64,000 nucleotides of DNA from Candidatus Woesearchaeota archaeon (GCA_018303505.1 JAGVYA010000020.1:97-64096), one strand, 5' to 3'; positions 27,017-36,676 are shown, numbered from the stretch's first letter. Translations and numbers: made by a program. Notes: generated by a model not told the origin, from the letters alone.

Positions 27017-27877
27017 TCACTTTTGGTATAATCCATGAGTAGACAACCTATAATCGTTACTAGAATGCACCCAATAAGCAATGATGCCTTCTCCAATCTT
27101 ATCCAACTTAGTTTGTGGTTGGACTCCCGTTAATAACAAACCCCACTTCCTCAATAGACCAACATACCGTTCTAATGCATCTAGCAAATTGCCATAATTA
27201 TCACTCCCTCTGAACCCGCCCATACCTTTCATTATGAGTGAAAAAATTCCATTTTTTACCATAACCTCCATTGCAGGTTTAACTTTTGTTGCATCAGCTT
27301 TAACAAAGTAGAGTGTTCTTTGCGTGTTTCCTACTTTATATCTTACTTTTGTAGTATAATTTCTATTATCAACTCTGTCAATATCGGCACCATATTTTTG
27401 AAGTCTTTGTACTACGCCATCAATAGTCTCTCGGCTTATTTGTGGATCAATCATTATATGTTTCGTTGCGTTGAATAGGACTCCATGCTCCACATCATCA
27501 AAAGAACCTAAATCGACACTAGGATATTTTTTTCTCTCTGGATTTTCTGCAGATTTTTTTATTATTTCGTATGCAAAAGGTTTATCCATAATACCTTGGA
27601 TTGCATTAGCTAAAAATACTCTTTCCTCTTGACTCAAATTTATGTCATCAAGAAGTCCCACTAATTCAGATGAGTCCCTTCCATTTACGACAAACTTGAC
27701 ACCTTCGTCAGTTAGTCTTGGAGTAGTCTCAGGGCTTGAAATAAATTGATGACTATACAACTCATCTAAAATAAGTCTAACAGTTGGATTACTAGTTGAA
27801 ATTGGTTTTCCAGCCCAAAGGTCCCTAATTACTTCTTCTTTTAATAGATGGTGTTCCATCAAAATCGCCCATATCAT
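27017..27877 (-). CDS. hypothetical protein, third gene of the RelA/SpoT-like cassette
   Basis: Track ORF, 286 aa. N-terminal VRLILDELYSHQFISSPETTPRLTDEGVKFV looks winged-helix-like. The rest is unrecognised. Confidence 0.6.
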   Translation of the reverse strand: MIWAILMEHHLLKEEVIRDLWAGKPISTSNPTVRLILDELYSHQFISSPETTPRLTDEGVKFVVNGRDSSELVGLLDDINLSQEERVFLANAIQGIMDKPFAYEIIKKSAENPERKKYPSVDLGSFDDVEHGVLFNATKHIMIDPQISRETIDGVVQRLQKYGADIDRVDNRNYTTKVRYKVGNTQRTLYFVKADATKVKPAMEVMVKNGIFSLIMKGMGGFRGSDNYGNLLDALERYVGLLRKWGLLLTGVQPQTKLDKIGEGIIAYWVHSSNDYRLSTHGLYQK

Positions 27878-27946
27878 TACTATGAATTACCCTATTTAAA
27901 TCTTTCGTTTTTTGACTACTTAGAAGTGGTTATTATTAGTGTCAAA

Positions 27947-28981
27947 TTACCGCTTGGCTTGTGTATATATCTTTGATAGTGGACTCGGCTTCAATCCAAA
28001 CAATTCCCTTAGCTGTATATTAAGCTCAAACCACGATTGTCCAGTTTTTTCTCTTGCCTCCTTGATAACTTGTCTGTATACCCTATGTGCGGCATCTGGG
28101 TGTAATTTATTAAAATCATACTTTTCTGTATCAACTATTTGAATCTCATGAAATAAGCCACAGTAGCTTATGACCAAATTAATGGCCTTATAACCGTTAT
28201 TTTTAGGATGTTGGATATAATCCTTTACACTAACAATAGATATATCCTTTCTCCCCTTTATATATCCTAAAACTATATAGCACATATTTTGGTTCATTGT
28301 AATAAATCTTATGCCACTCAAATCTTTCACTTCATCATTTTCGCTAGGTATTTTATCAACTCTGTAAATTTTATCGATACCAAAGTTTCTATCTGTTATT
28401 TTATCCGCTAAATCGCCTGGTGATTTTATTCTACCAGTGATTCCGATAACATCTCTTTTTTTTCTTTTAAGTTGTTCTTCAATTTCACCAAAAGAAGAAG
28501 ATCTTGAACTTATAATCTTCCTTACAAAATTATCTGGAGCATATATCAAAAAGGATTTTTCCACTTCTACTGGAACATTATGTGCTTTGCATGTTTGTAA
28601 TTCACTATGTCTTGCAGTAATCATATTAGTTAATTCTTCATCTGTTGATTGCAAAGCAATAATATCTGGTCTCGTTAGATCTTCAACTACAACTATAGGG
28701 TTATTGTGGAATCTGTACGCACATAAGCCTTCTAGCGTCATAGCTGGCTTAACAGGAAGGCCATGCCAATATCTACCTAAGAAAGTGTGAACTAAAGCGT
28801 GAGTCCTTGCTTCTGCATTTCTCATTTCCTCTTTGTATGCTTGTTGCACTAACTCTATTTCGTCTGATGGCAAAGAAATTCTTTTATGTTCTTTGTAAGC
28901 ACGTTTTATTTTTCTGACTGATTCTTTTATATCCTCATTATCAAAAATAGCTTCCAAATGTGATAAACTTTCAACTGTCAT
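27947..28981 (-). CDS. RelA/SpoT-family nucleotide pyrophosphokinase (small alarmone synthetase-like) with N-terminal extension
   Basis: Ordered motifs ITGRIKSPGDLADKI, DLSGIRFIT, DYIQHPKNNGYKAINLVI, FHEIQIVD...HPDAAHRVYR. Confidence 0.75.
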   Translation of the reverse strand: MTVESLSHLEAIFDNEDIKESVRKIKRAYKEHKRISLPSDEIELVQQAYKEEMRNAEARTHALVHTFLGRYWHGLPVKPAMTLEGLCAYRFHNNPIVVVEDLTRPDIIALQSTDEELTNMITARHSELQTCKAHNVPVEVEKSFLIYAPDNFVRKIISSRSSSFGEIEEQLKRKKRDVIGITGRIKSPGDLADKITDRNFGIDKIYRVDKIPSENDEVKDLSGIRFITMNQNMCYIVLGYIKGRKDISIVSVKDYIQHPKNNGYKAINLVISYCGLFHEIQIVDTEKYDFNKLHPDAAHRVYRQVIKEAREKTGQSWFELNIQLRELFGLKPSPLSKIYTQAKR

Positions 28982-29045
28982 TTTATTATGAGAAATTAGT
29001 TATTATTTAATATTTTTTGGATTTTTTGTTAAAAACCTCTTTAAG

Positions 29046-30758
29046 CTATTGGCTACCATTTGGTCTTCTGTAGTCTGTAATCATCTCTGAATGGTCTGGC
29101 AATAGCCTCATCAAAAGATTAAAGTCGTCAAGAGTGGAAAAAATATGTTTTCTAGGATCATAATCGCCAGGACTATTTAGTGTGGCAAGTTGACGAGAGT
29201 CCCTTCTTGCATGTTTGTCATACACCATAGTAAATTTTGGAAGCAGTATTTCTAAATGTCTTGCATCTTTGTAGCTTTCTATTCTTTCTTTTGTATCTCT
29301 ATCTAATGCGTCAATACTTTCTCTACCGCCTGCATCTCTTGCGAGCCAAGTCCCAATAAATCCAGGATCAGTTATCCTATAATAAAATGTAGTTCGTTTT
29401 TTTCTTTCAATTAATTTATCAACTAGGGGTTTAATTGCTTTTATTTCTGGATCATCCTCGTATATTTTTATTGCAGATTGTGCCAACCTTAATTTGGCAT
29501 CTACTAAATCGCTTATTGCATAAACTGCAAGTCTCATTAATTGATGTGTACCTTCATTTACTTTTCCAGAGACCGTGGGTATACCATAACTATTAAAAGT
29601 TCGGTTTGCATATTGCATGCCTGAAACCCCTGCTACCGAGTTTGCCACACGCATTGCAGCACTCATTGATTTTCCGTCTTTTTCTAGGCTTCCAAACCTT
29701 TTTGTAAACTCTTCTCCAATAACATAACTAATTTCATTACCATCTACAGAACCAGTAATTATCCTTCCATTTTTAGAGGCCATTCTTAATTGTTGCATTA
29801 CCTCGGCAGGAATAGGATCAGTTTCATCACTATTACTTATCAAATCAGCACTTTTTACAACAAATCTTCTAAAAGTTTGATCAAGCCCCTCACCACCATC
29901 TCTTGAGAAATCATGTCTTAGGGAGTAGGCATAAGAATTTTTATCTGTAAATCTTGTAGCATCCATTACGATTCTTACAGCTTTAGTGTGATATTTCCTG
30001 TAATCTTCTCTTTCAGCTCCTTTCACACCTTGGGGAATGTAACCATTTAATCTCCTTTCGAGTTCTTCAGCCTTTTTTCTTCTTGCTTCGGTTAATAACC
30101 CAGAATATTTTTTTAAATTAGCCCCATCATTCCTAAAAAGAGCATCTAGCCAATTATTTTCAAACCCTTTTATTTCTGGATCTTCTTCAATTTTGTCATG
30201 CAGTAAGGCTGCAATAAAAATTATATAATCAAGGGGCACACCAGCCTTTAATGATATTTTAAGCGCTTCTTGTAAATCACTATAGATATGGGAACTTGCA
30301 GGCAATGCGCTGTGCCTTCTTTGCCCAATTGCTATAAAATCTTTTTGTACATCTTCTTCAACTCTAGCCGCTATTTCTTTTAGCGGGTCTTTCAAATATC
30401 TGCCATATTTATCTTCAGTCTGTTTAAAATTAGGTGAATCTAAAAAACTTCCAAAAAACAAGTGCTTTTTTAGCCATTCTTCATAATCATTTCTCCTTGT
30501 GGGGCTGGGGTGTAATATTTCATTAACAAATAACTCATCGATGGTTAGAACATATCTTCCGTTAGGAGACGCATAAACATCATATCTCGGCTGTGGAGTT
30601 ACTTCTGTAGACTGTTGAATTGCTTTATCTATTTCTGGAGTTTCAACAATAACTGGTGATGGACTTTCTTGTCTAAACCACCCCAAAAATCCTACTGCCA
30701 TTGTCCCAACCTTTGTTGCTCTTTTCAAAAATTTTTCCAAATCGTCTTTCTGTGACAT
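29046..30758 (-). CDS. SpoT-type HD-domain (alarmone hydrolase-like) protein, 570 aa
   Basis: SHIYSDL...IFIAALLHDKIEEDP and VVKSADLISN resemble the H..HD..ED and KLADRLHN motifs of RelA/SpoT hydrolase domains. Large flanking regions are unrecognised. Confidence 0.7.
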   Translation of the reverse strand: MSQKDDLEKFLKRATKVGTMAVGFLGWFRQESPSPVIVETPEIDKAIQQSTEVTPQPRYDVYASPNGRYVLTIDELFVNEILHPSPTRRNDYEEWLKKHLFFGSFLDSPNFKQTEDKYGRYLKDPLKEIAARVEEDVQKDFIAIGQRRHSALPASSHIYSDLQEALKISLKAGVPLDYIIFIAALLHDKIEEDPEIKGFENNWLDALFRNDGANLKKYSGLLTEARRKKAEELERRLNGYIPQGVKGAEREDYRKYHTKAVRIVMDATRFTDKNSYAYSLRHDFSRDGGEGLDQTFRRFVVKSADLISNSDETDPIPAEVMQQLRMASKNGRIITGSVDGNEISYVIGEEFTKRFGSLEKDGKSMSAAMRVANSVAGVSGMQYANRTFNSYGIPTVSGKVNEGTHQLMRLAVYAISDLVDAKLRLAQSAIKIYEDDPEIKAIKPLVDKLIERKKRTTFYYRITDPGFIGTWLARDAGGRESIDALDRDTKERIESYKDARHLEILLPKFTMVYDKHARRDSRQLATLNSPGDYDPRKHIFSTLDDFNLLMRLLPDHSEMITDYRRPNGSQ

Positions 30759-30946
30759 TTTCTTTTAATCTTCTCCAATATTAACATTCATTCCGTCCTC
30801 TATTTATCAACCTCTTTTCCTTCTCGAGAACCAAAAGTTTACAGCTCCCCTAAGTAATCCATAATGATTTATTCATTTAAAAAGTTATCTGTTTTTGGTG
30901 ATAAAAATTCTATATAAAATATATAGAAAATGTTTTATTTTCTACT

Positions 30947-31360
30947 TTATTCTTCTTTATTTTCAATGATAACACCTATTCTATTCTTTTTTTCTTTTAA
31001 AAAACTAATTAAATGCCTATCCAAGTCAAATGCGGCCTTATTTGCCCTTATTGCAAATGTCCTTTCAGAAACGAAATTAGTCTTTCTAATTACGAGTTCC
31101 TTACTGCTGTTGAAGCTTGGATTAAGTTCTGCACTAACTGTTTCCTGATATTTTTTATCCTCTGATGCAATTTTTATTATTATTCGATTATTTTTAGAAT
31201 CTTTAATGAATTCCTTTATTTTGATTAAATCAAAATCAGCTTTAACTGCAACAATGCAGTCTCCTTTCAAGCTGACTTCTTTGTCTTTTGTAAATTCTAG
31301 TGTTGTTTTATGAGTTGCTAATATGTTTGGATGACCATAAGCATTGAATTTGTAAATCAT
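30947..31360 (-). CDS. DUF371-family protein
   Basis: AYGHPNILATHKTTLEFTKD...GDCIVAV pattern. Confidence 0.55.
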   Translation of the reverse strand: MIYKFNAYGHPNILATHKTTLEFTKDKEVSLKGDCIVAVKADFDLIKIKEFIKDSKNNRIIIKIASEDKKYQETVSAELNPSFNSSKELVIRKTNFVSERTFAIRANKAAFDLDRHLISFLKEKKNRIGVIIENKEE

Positions 31361-31381
31361 TTTATTTGTTTAAATATAATA

Positions 31382-31473
31382 GGCGAGGAGGTTTAATGTC
31401 AGTGAGTTGGTGAGCGAGTCTCTCGCGAGTCTCGCATGTCACTAGCACAAGAGTTTGCCGAAGGCATATTGAA
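31382..31473. repeat. half-length GC-rich repeat (right-end module)
   Basis: ggcgaggagg..cagtgagttggtgagcgagtctctcgcgagtctcgcatgtcactagcac..tttgccgaaggcatattgaa; near-identical layout to 60463-60552. Confidence 0.75.
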
Positions 31474-31585
31474 TTTTTATTTTTTGGTTAAAGTTATCCT
31501 TCAGTTAATTTAGTTTGTGCTTCTTGCCCTAGACAATTAGGCACTCACAATAATAAAATTTAATTAAATAAAAATAAATCAAAAA

Positions 31586-32497
31586 TTACTTTACTAATAA
31601 ACTCTGCAGATAATCTTTCTTAAACTTAAAACCTTTCTTTTTAGCTAATTTTTCTATCCCATTTACAAAATTGCTTCCATATTGGGCAGCTTGCTTCTTG
31701 CGCCATGCAAACTCTTTTTTTAACCCAATAAATTCTGCTGCCTCTCTTAGTATTATTTTTTTATTATTCTTGTCTAATTTAAACATTGGATGTATATTCA
31801 TTGCAGCTTTTATCAGCTCTTTGTCCAAAAATGGTGCTCTTAAATCCAGCCCAAGGCTTTTGGCAATTGTAAAATCCCTGACTAAATCCCTTTGCCGCAT
31901 ACTCTTCAATCCATTCCAGCATTCTCTATGAAGGCTCTCAAAGTTATTTTCCTGCAAAGCGCTTTCATGCCTTTGGTAGCCAGCAAATAACTCCTCGCTT
32001 CCCAAGCCGCCAAACAATGCATTGTTCCCGTCTGCCAATGCCAATTTTCCAGCAGCGTACAAGACAGCGCCAACGCTTGCTTTTACAATGTCCGCATCAT
32101 TCAGCAGCTTAACCGCATTTTTCAATATAATCTCCAATTCATCCAATTCAAATATTTTATATTTAAAATTAAATTTGTACTCATCAGCAACTTTCTTTGC
32201 CCATTCAATATCGTCAGAGCCTTCAATTCCAACAGTATAACAAGTGAAGTTGCATTTAAGCTGCTTGCAAACAAAAGCTATTAATGAGCTGTCTACTCCG
32301 CCAGAAAACAAAACTCCAAATTTTGGCACAATTCTTTTTTTGATTGCATTGATTATCGCTTCTGCCAATTCCCTTTTTGCCCTTTCCTTGTTGGTTTCTA
32401 GGTTCTCAAAATCATTCTCCAGGCTTTTTACAAACTTCATCCACATATCTTCTGGAATAAGCTTGCCTTCCTTTACAATGCCTAAAACTTTGGTCAT
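31586..32497 (-). CDS. asparagine synthase-like PP-loop ATPase (no glutaminase domain)
   Basis: FGVLFSGGVDSSLIA PP-loop and an AsnB C-terminal-like layout. Confidence 0.65.
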   Translation of the reverse strand: MTKVLGIVKEGKLIPEDMWMKFVKSLENDFENLETNKERAKRELAEAIINAIKKRIVPKFGVLFSGGVDSSLIAFVCKQLKCNFTCYTVGIEGSDDIEWAKKVADEYKFNFKYKIFELDELEIILKNAVKLLNDADIVKASVGAVLYAAGKLALADGNNALFGGLGSEELFAGYQRHESALQENNFESLHRECWNGLKSMRQRDLVRDFTIAKSLGLDLRAPFLDKELIKAAMNIHPMFKLDKNNKKIILREAAEFIGLKKEFAWRKKQAAQYGSNFVNGIEKLAKKKGFKFKKDYLQSLLVK

Positions 32498-32550
32498 AAT
32501 ACTATGTTATATATGTTTTTTTAAAAATCTTATCAAAAACCTTGGTTCAT

Positions 32551-32675
32551 CGAAAATCTATGATTTTCGGAGTGTTCGGAAATGCGAAGCATTTGCCGAC
32601 ATTTGGGAATGCTCGGAAATCTGTGAAATGCGAGTGAGCTAGTTGCGAACTCGCTCACATTCGACTGATTTCCGA
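32551..32675. repeat. array of three GC-rich hairpins
   Basis: CGAAAATC-TAT-GATTTTCG and CGGAAATGC-GAA-GCATTTGCCG. Long hairpin TCGGAAATC..gcgagtgagc tagtt gcgaactcgctcac..GATTTCCGA. Confidence 0.7.
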
Positions 32676-32719
32676 CATTTTTAGAAATCCTTATATACTA
32701 ATCCATTTTAATTTCTATA

Positions 32720-32935
32720 ATGCCAAAAGACATAAGCAAGGACGAGCAAGTTGGATTTCACAAGGGCTCTTTGACAACGCTTGCAAAGGAAAGGGAAGAA
32801 ATGCTAAAAATATTGTCTATAGTAGAGCAGTTAATGCAGATGCATATAAAAAGCCTGCAAGACCTGGGAGTTGACTTGCAAAAGACAGCTCAGCAAACAA
32901 AGACAAAAAAACCAATTGAAGACGTTTTAAGGTAA
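32720..32935 (+). CDS. small hypothetical protein (71 aa)
   Basis: Track ORF with helical, coiled-coil-like composition. Confidence 0.4.
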   Translation: MPKDISKDEQVGFHKGSLTTLAKEREEMLKILSIVEQLMQMHIKSLQDLGVDLQKTAQQTKTKKPIEDVLR

Positions 32936-33010
32936 GATTATTTCTTAAACTGCCATCAATCTTTATAAAAACATAACTTATTAAATCCTTATAGTTTTTA
33001 ATATTTTAAA

Positions 33011-33931
33011 ATGAAGCACACGCCTAGAGTAATTATTGCCTTGGTTTTATTTTTCTTCATAGCGCAATTCACAGGCTTGCTGGTGATAAATCATTACATT
33101 GACCACAAAAAGACTATTGAAACAAAAGCAGTTGCTTGGCAGCCATTGCCGTACAACCTTGAAAGGCCTGAAGTGAAAAATCAAAGTGCATCTTTCATTT
33201 ATATAACCATAGCAATTTTAATTGGCACAATTTTGGTCTTGCTGCTGATAAAATTCAACAAGCCGTTTATTTGGAAACTATGGTTTTTTCTTACAGTATG
33301 GCTTACTCTGGCAATTGCATTTGCAGCATTCATAAACAATATTATTGCAGCTGTTATTGCTTTGATAGTATCAATTTTAAAATTATACAAGCCTAACATA
33401 ATTATACAAAATCTTTCTGAAGTATTTATTTATGGCGGATTAGCTGCGATATTTGTTCCAATAATCAATTTATTTGCTGCATTTATGCTTTTAGTGGTTA
33501 TATCAATATATGACTATATATCTGTCTTTAAAACAAAGCACATGATAAAAATGGCTAAGTTCCAGTCAAGCTCAAATGTTTTTGCAGGATTGCTTATTCC
33601 TTATGAAAAAGATAAAGTTCAACTAAATCAATCTTCAATTTCAAAATTTAAAATTAAAAAATCTATTAAAATTCCAAAAAAGCAGTCTGTTGCTATGCTT
33701 GGCGGCGGTGATATTGGCTTCACACTGATATTTGCAGGTGTAGTGATGAAAGATTTGATGCTGCAAGAAACAGTGTTAATAGGGTTCTTAAAAACTTTAA
33801 TAATACCATTTTTTGTCAGCTTAGCCTTGTCAATTTTGCTGCTTAAAGGGCAGCATAACAAATTTTATCCAGCAATGCCTATTCTTAGCTTAGGTTGCTT
33901 TGTTGGTTATTTGGTTGTTTTGATAATTTAA
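33011..33931 (+). CDS. presenilin/signal-peptide-peptidase family intramembrane aspartyl protease
   Basis: Multi-TM. ISIYDYISVF (YD), MLGGGDIGF (GxGD), YPAMP (PAL-like). Confidence 0.75.
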   Translation: MKHTPRVIIALVLFFFIAQFTGLLVINHYIDHKKTIETKAVAWQPLPYNLERPEVKNQSASFIYITIAILIGTILVLLLIKFNKPFIWKLWFFLTVWLTLAIAFAAFINNIIAAVIALIVSILKLYKPNIIIQNLSEVFIYGGLAAIFVPIINLFAAFMLLVVISIYDYISVFKTKHMIKMAKFQSSSNVFAGLLIPYEKDKVQLNQSSISKFKIKKSIKIPKKQSVAMLGGGDIGFTLIFAGVVMKDLMLQETVLIGFLKTLIIPFFVSLALSILLLKGQHNKFYPAMPILSLGCFVGYLVVLII

Positions 33932-33944
33932 AATAGCATAAACA

Positions 33945-33951
33945 TTTAAAA
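33945..33951 (+). promoter_or_regulatory. TATA-like box upstream of the RNA candidate
   Basis: tttaaaa centred about 26 nt before the GGGAGG start at 33974, the usual archaeal spacing. Confidence 0.3.
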
Positions 33952-33973
33952 TCTGTTATGTATTCTATCGTAT

Positions 33974-34319
33974 GGGAGGACTCTGCCGGGAAGCTAGCAC
34001 TCTCCTGTCAGCGCAAACGTGCTTTAGGCGCGGTGAAGCTCTTGAAGCAGCTTGAGTCTTTGCATTTAGTCTTGCTGCTGGCGTAGAAGCTCTGCCTTAT
34101 AGGGCTTGTGCTTTTGAAAATCCGTAAGGTCTGGAAAGAAATCAACTGCGAAATCAGTTGACACTTTGTGGGACATAAAGTCCCACGTGCTCACTACGTT
34201 CGCAAAATTGACTTAAAGCAGCGGTAATCTTGAGCATTGGTGCTTATGAGTAACAGAGTGGAGTCGGTAACAAGGTAGCTGATTGCAATAACTTTTGCCC
34301 ATTCTTGAGCATGTCCTCC
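33974..34319 (+). ncRNA. unclassified structured RNA candidate (SRP RNA or RNase P RNA are the leading guesses)
   Basis: GC-enriched non-coding island in AT-rich DNA. GGAGGAC (33975-81) pairs with GTCCTCC (34313-19). Long-range helix 34050-63 with 34202-19. Hairpins CAACTG-CGAAAT-CAGTTG and GTGGGAC-ATAAA-GTCCCAC. AGGTCT-GGAA-AGA and CCTGTCA motifs. G-U pairs favour the plus strand. Confidence 0.5.
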
Positions 34320-34336
34320 TACTTAATTTTGATGAA

Positions 34337-34723
34337 ATGAAACTTGAAAATTATCTTAATAATGGAAAATTCTATATCTGGAAAGGAAAATTTGCAATAG
34401 TTAAATCCAGAAAACCTTTGCCAGATTCTTTTGCAGTCATAAAAGACAAAAATGAAATCACAGCAATAATTGGACAATCAGAAATTAATAAAAATAAAAA
34501 ACATATAATAAAGATTGATAAGAATTGGAAAATAATAACCTTTGATATGATTCTGCCTTTTGGGCTTGTAGGTTTTTTAGCTAAAATCTCAAAAATTCTT
34601 GCTGATGAAAAAATAAGCATTTTTGTTATCTCTGCATATTCTACTGATCATATTTTGATTAAAGAAAAAGATAGTAGTAAAGCAATAAATAGATCAAAAA
34701 GTATAGGATTAAAAATTAAATAA
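34337..34723 (+). CDS. ACT-domain protein
   Basis: ITFDMILPFGLVGFLAKISKILADEKISIFVISAYSTDHILIKE. Trimmed from the TTG start to ATG (MKLENYL). Confidence 0.6.
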   Translation: MKLENYLNNGKFYIWKGKFAIVKSRKPLPDSFAVIKDKNEITAIIGQSEINKNKKHIIKIDKNWKIITFDMILPFGLVGFLAKISKILADEKISIFVISAYSTDHILIKEKDSSKAINRSKSIGLKIK

Positions 34724-34740
34724 ATATCTTAAATTTTAAA

Positions 34741-35706
34741 ATGCAACTAATCTACAACAAAATATTTCTTGAACATAAAGCAGAAAATCACCCAGAAAGT
34801 CCAGCAAGACTTCTTGCTTTTGGTGATTTGGAGCAATCTGAAATAGAAAATGGAAAAAAATATCTTAACTTAGTTTATGATGATGAATATATTAATCTGA
34901 TTAAAAATGCAAGTGCAAAAGAAATGAATTTAGATGAAGATACCTACACAAATTCCAAAAGCTACGAGGTTGCCTGCTATGCAGTCGGCGCAGCGATAAA
35001 GGCGGCAAAGCAGAATGATTTTGCATTAATAAGGCCGCCTGGGCATCATGCAACAAGCAACAAAGCAATGGGATTCTGCCTGTTCAACAGCATTGCAATT
35101 GCATGCAAGTGGCTGAATGAAAGAGGAAAGAGAGTTTTGGTTGTCGATATTGATGGGCATCATGGTAATGGCACTCAAGATATTTTTTATAAAACCGATA
35201 AAATTCTTTATCTATCAATCCATCAATTCCCCACGTATCCAGGAACGGGGTGGGTTAACGAAATAGGAGAAAGTAAAGGTAAATATTATACAATAAATGT
35301 TCCAGTTCAGCCTTACACTAGTGATGATTTATTTGTAGATATTTTATCTAAGATAATACCAGTAATAAAAAATCAATACAAACCAGATATAGTGGCTGTA
35401 TCAGCTGGATTTGACGGGCATAAAGATGATCCACTTTTGCAATTGAATTTGACAGTAAATTCATATTACGAGGTTGGAAAACTATTATCTGCTAATTTTA
35501 ATAATATTTTTGCATGCCTGGAAGGCGGCTATAATGCAGAAGTATTGCCGCATTGCGTTTCTGCCTTCCTAATGGGAGTAAATAATGAAAAGGCAAAACT
35601 AAAGTTTACTGAGCAGAGAACAACATCAGCAGCAAATGTACAAAGGGAATTTGAGGCAAGAAAAAAAAGCTTAAGATTAAGCCATGATGGCTTTTGGGTT
35701 TTCTAA
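34741..35706 (+). CDS. histone deacetylase/acetylpolyamine amidohydrolase family protein
   Basis: RPPGHHA, VVDIDGHHGNGTQDIFY, SAGFDGH motifs. Confidence 0.88.
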   Translation: MQLIYNKIFLEHKAENHPESPARLLAFGDLEQSEIENGKKYLNLVYDDEYINLIKNASAKEMNLDEDTYTNSKSYEVACYAVGAAIKAAKQNDFALIRPPGHHATSNKAMGFCLFNSIAIACKWLNERGKRVLVVDIDGHHGNGTQDIFYKTDKILYLSIHQFPTYPGTGWVNEIGESKGKYYTINVPVQPYTSDDLFVDILSKIIPVIKNQYKPDIVAVSAGFDGHKDDPLLQLNLTVNSYYEVGKLLSANFNNIFACLEGGYNAEVLPHCVSAFLMGVNNEKAKLKFTEQRTTSAANVQREFEARKKSLRLSHDGFWVF

Positions 35707-36674
35707 ACTCTTAGCCTTTTGAAATGATCAAACCCACTTTTAATATTTTCTTTTTTATTATTTTTTATTAATTTAATTCCATGTTTTTTAGCCACAATTT
35801 GTCCAATAACTTTAACATCAAATTTTTTTAATTGTTTTATTTTATTTTTATTTGCTGTGAATATCAACTCAAAATCTTCTCCTCCATAAAGAGCAAAATC
35901 AAGCGGATTTTTGTTTATTTTTTTAGCATCATTTATCATTTCTTTTGATATTGGAATTTTATCAGCATAAATTATTGCTCCAACATTTGATTCATTGCAA
36001 ATATGCCTAACCTCTGATGCAACACCATCGCTAATGTCTATCATGGAATTAATCCCAACTTTGACCAATTTCCTTGCTAAACTCAATCTTGCTTCCGGCT
36101 CAAGATGCTTTTTTATTGATTTTCCTTTGAGATTGCACCTTAACAACTCTAAACCAATACTTGAAGAGCCAAAATTTCCGCTGCAAAAAATCACATCGCC
36201 AATTTTTGCTCCGCTCCTTAATGCCAAATATTTCTTCTCTACAAACCCAATTAATGCAACGCTGACAACAATATCTTTTGAATGCATTATATTTCCGCCA
36301 ACAATACTTATTCTGTACTTTTTTGATTTTTGGTTGACTCCACTGTACAATTTATCAACAAAATCAACATCAATTTCATTTGGCAAAGCCAGCGAAACAA
36401 GAGCAAATTTGGGAATGCCGCCCATAGAAGCTATATCGCTTGCATTCTGCTCAATTGCCTTCATTCCAATCTGCTGCGGATTTGAATATTTTAAGGAGAA
36501 ATGGTCATTTTCAACAAGCATGTCGGTAGTGAAAAGAAGATAATTATTTTTGTCATACTTTAAAACAGCGGTATCATCTCCAATTCCTGCAACAATGCCT
36601 TTTGAAAATAATTTAATTTTATTCTTAATTCTATCAATTAATCCAAACTCGCCCCCAATATCTCTTATTTTCAT
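35703..36674 (-). CDS. thiL: thiamine-monophosphate kinase
   Basis: GEFGLIDRI, GIGDDTAVL, TTDMLVENDHF. Confidence 0.85.
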   Translation of the reverse strand: MKIRDIGGEFGLIDRIKNKIKLFSKGIVAGIGDDTAVLKYDKNNYLLFTTDMLVENDHFSLKYSNPQQIGMKAIEQNASDIASMGGIPKFALVSLALPNEIDVDFVDKLYSGVNQKSKKYRISIVGGNIMHSKDIVVSVALIGFVEKKYLALRSGAKIGDVIFCSGNFGSSSIGLELLRCNLKGKSIKKHLEPEARLSLARKLVKVGINSMIDISDGVASEVRHICNESNVGAIIYADKIPISKEMINDAKKINKNPLDFALYGGEDFELIFTANKNKIKQLKKFDVKVIGQIVAKKHGIKLIKNNKKENIKSGFDHFKRLRV

Positions 36675-36676
36675 AT

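Noticed and set aside
27004-30946. Flanking repeat for the RelA/SpoT-like cassette itself (aatattaatgttt at 27001 against aatattaacattc near 30780)
   Set aside because: Only about 8 contiguous matching bases in AT-rich sequence, which is indistinguishable from chance.
34260-34319. 16S rRNA 3' end fragment (ggagtcggtaacaaggtagc ... gtcctcct)
   Set aside because: Similarity is limited to about 20 nt plus a CCTCC-like tail. There is no helix 45 hairpin with the GGAA-type loop and no helix 44 or CCGCCCGTCAC region upstream. It is treated as part of the unclassified RNA, not an rRNA gene.
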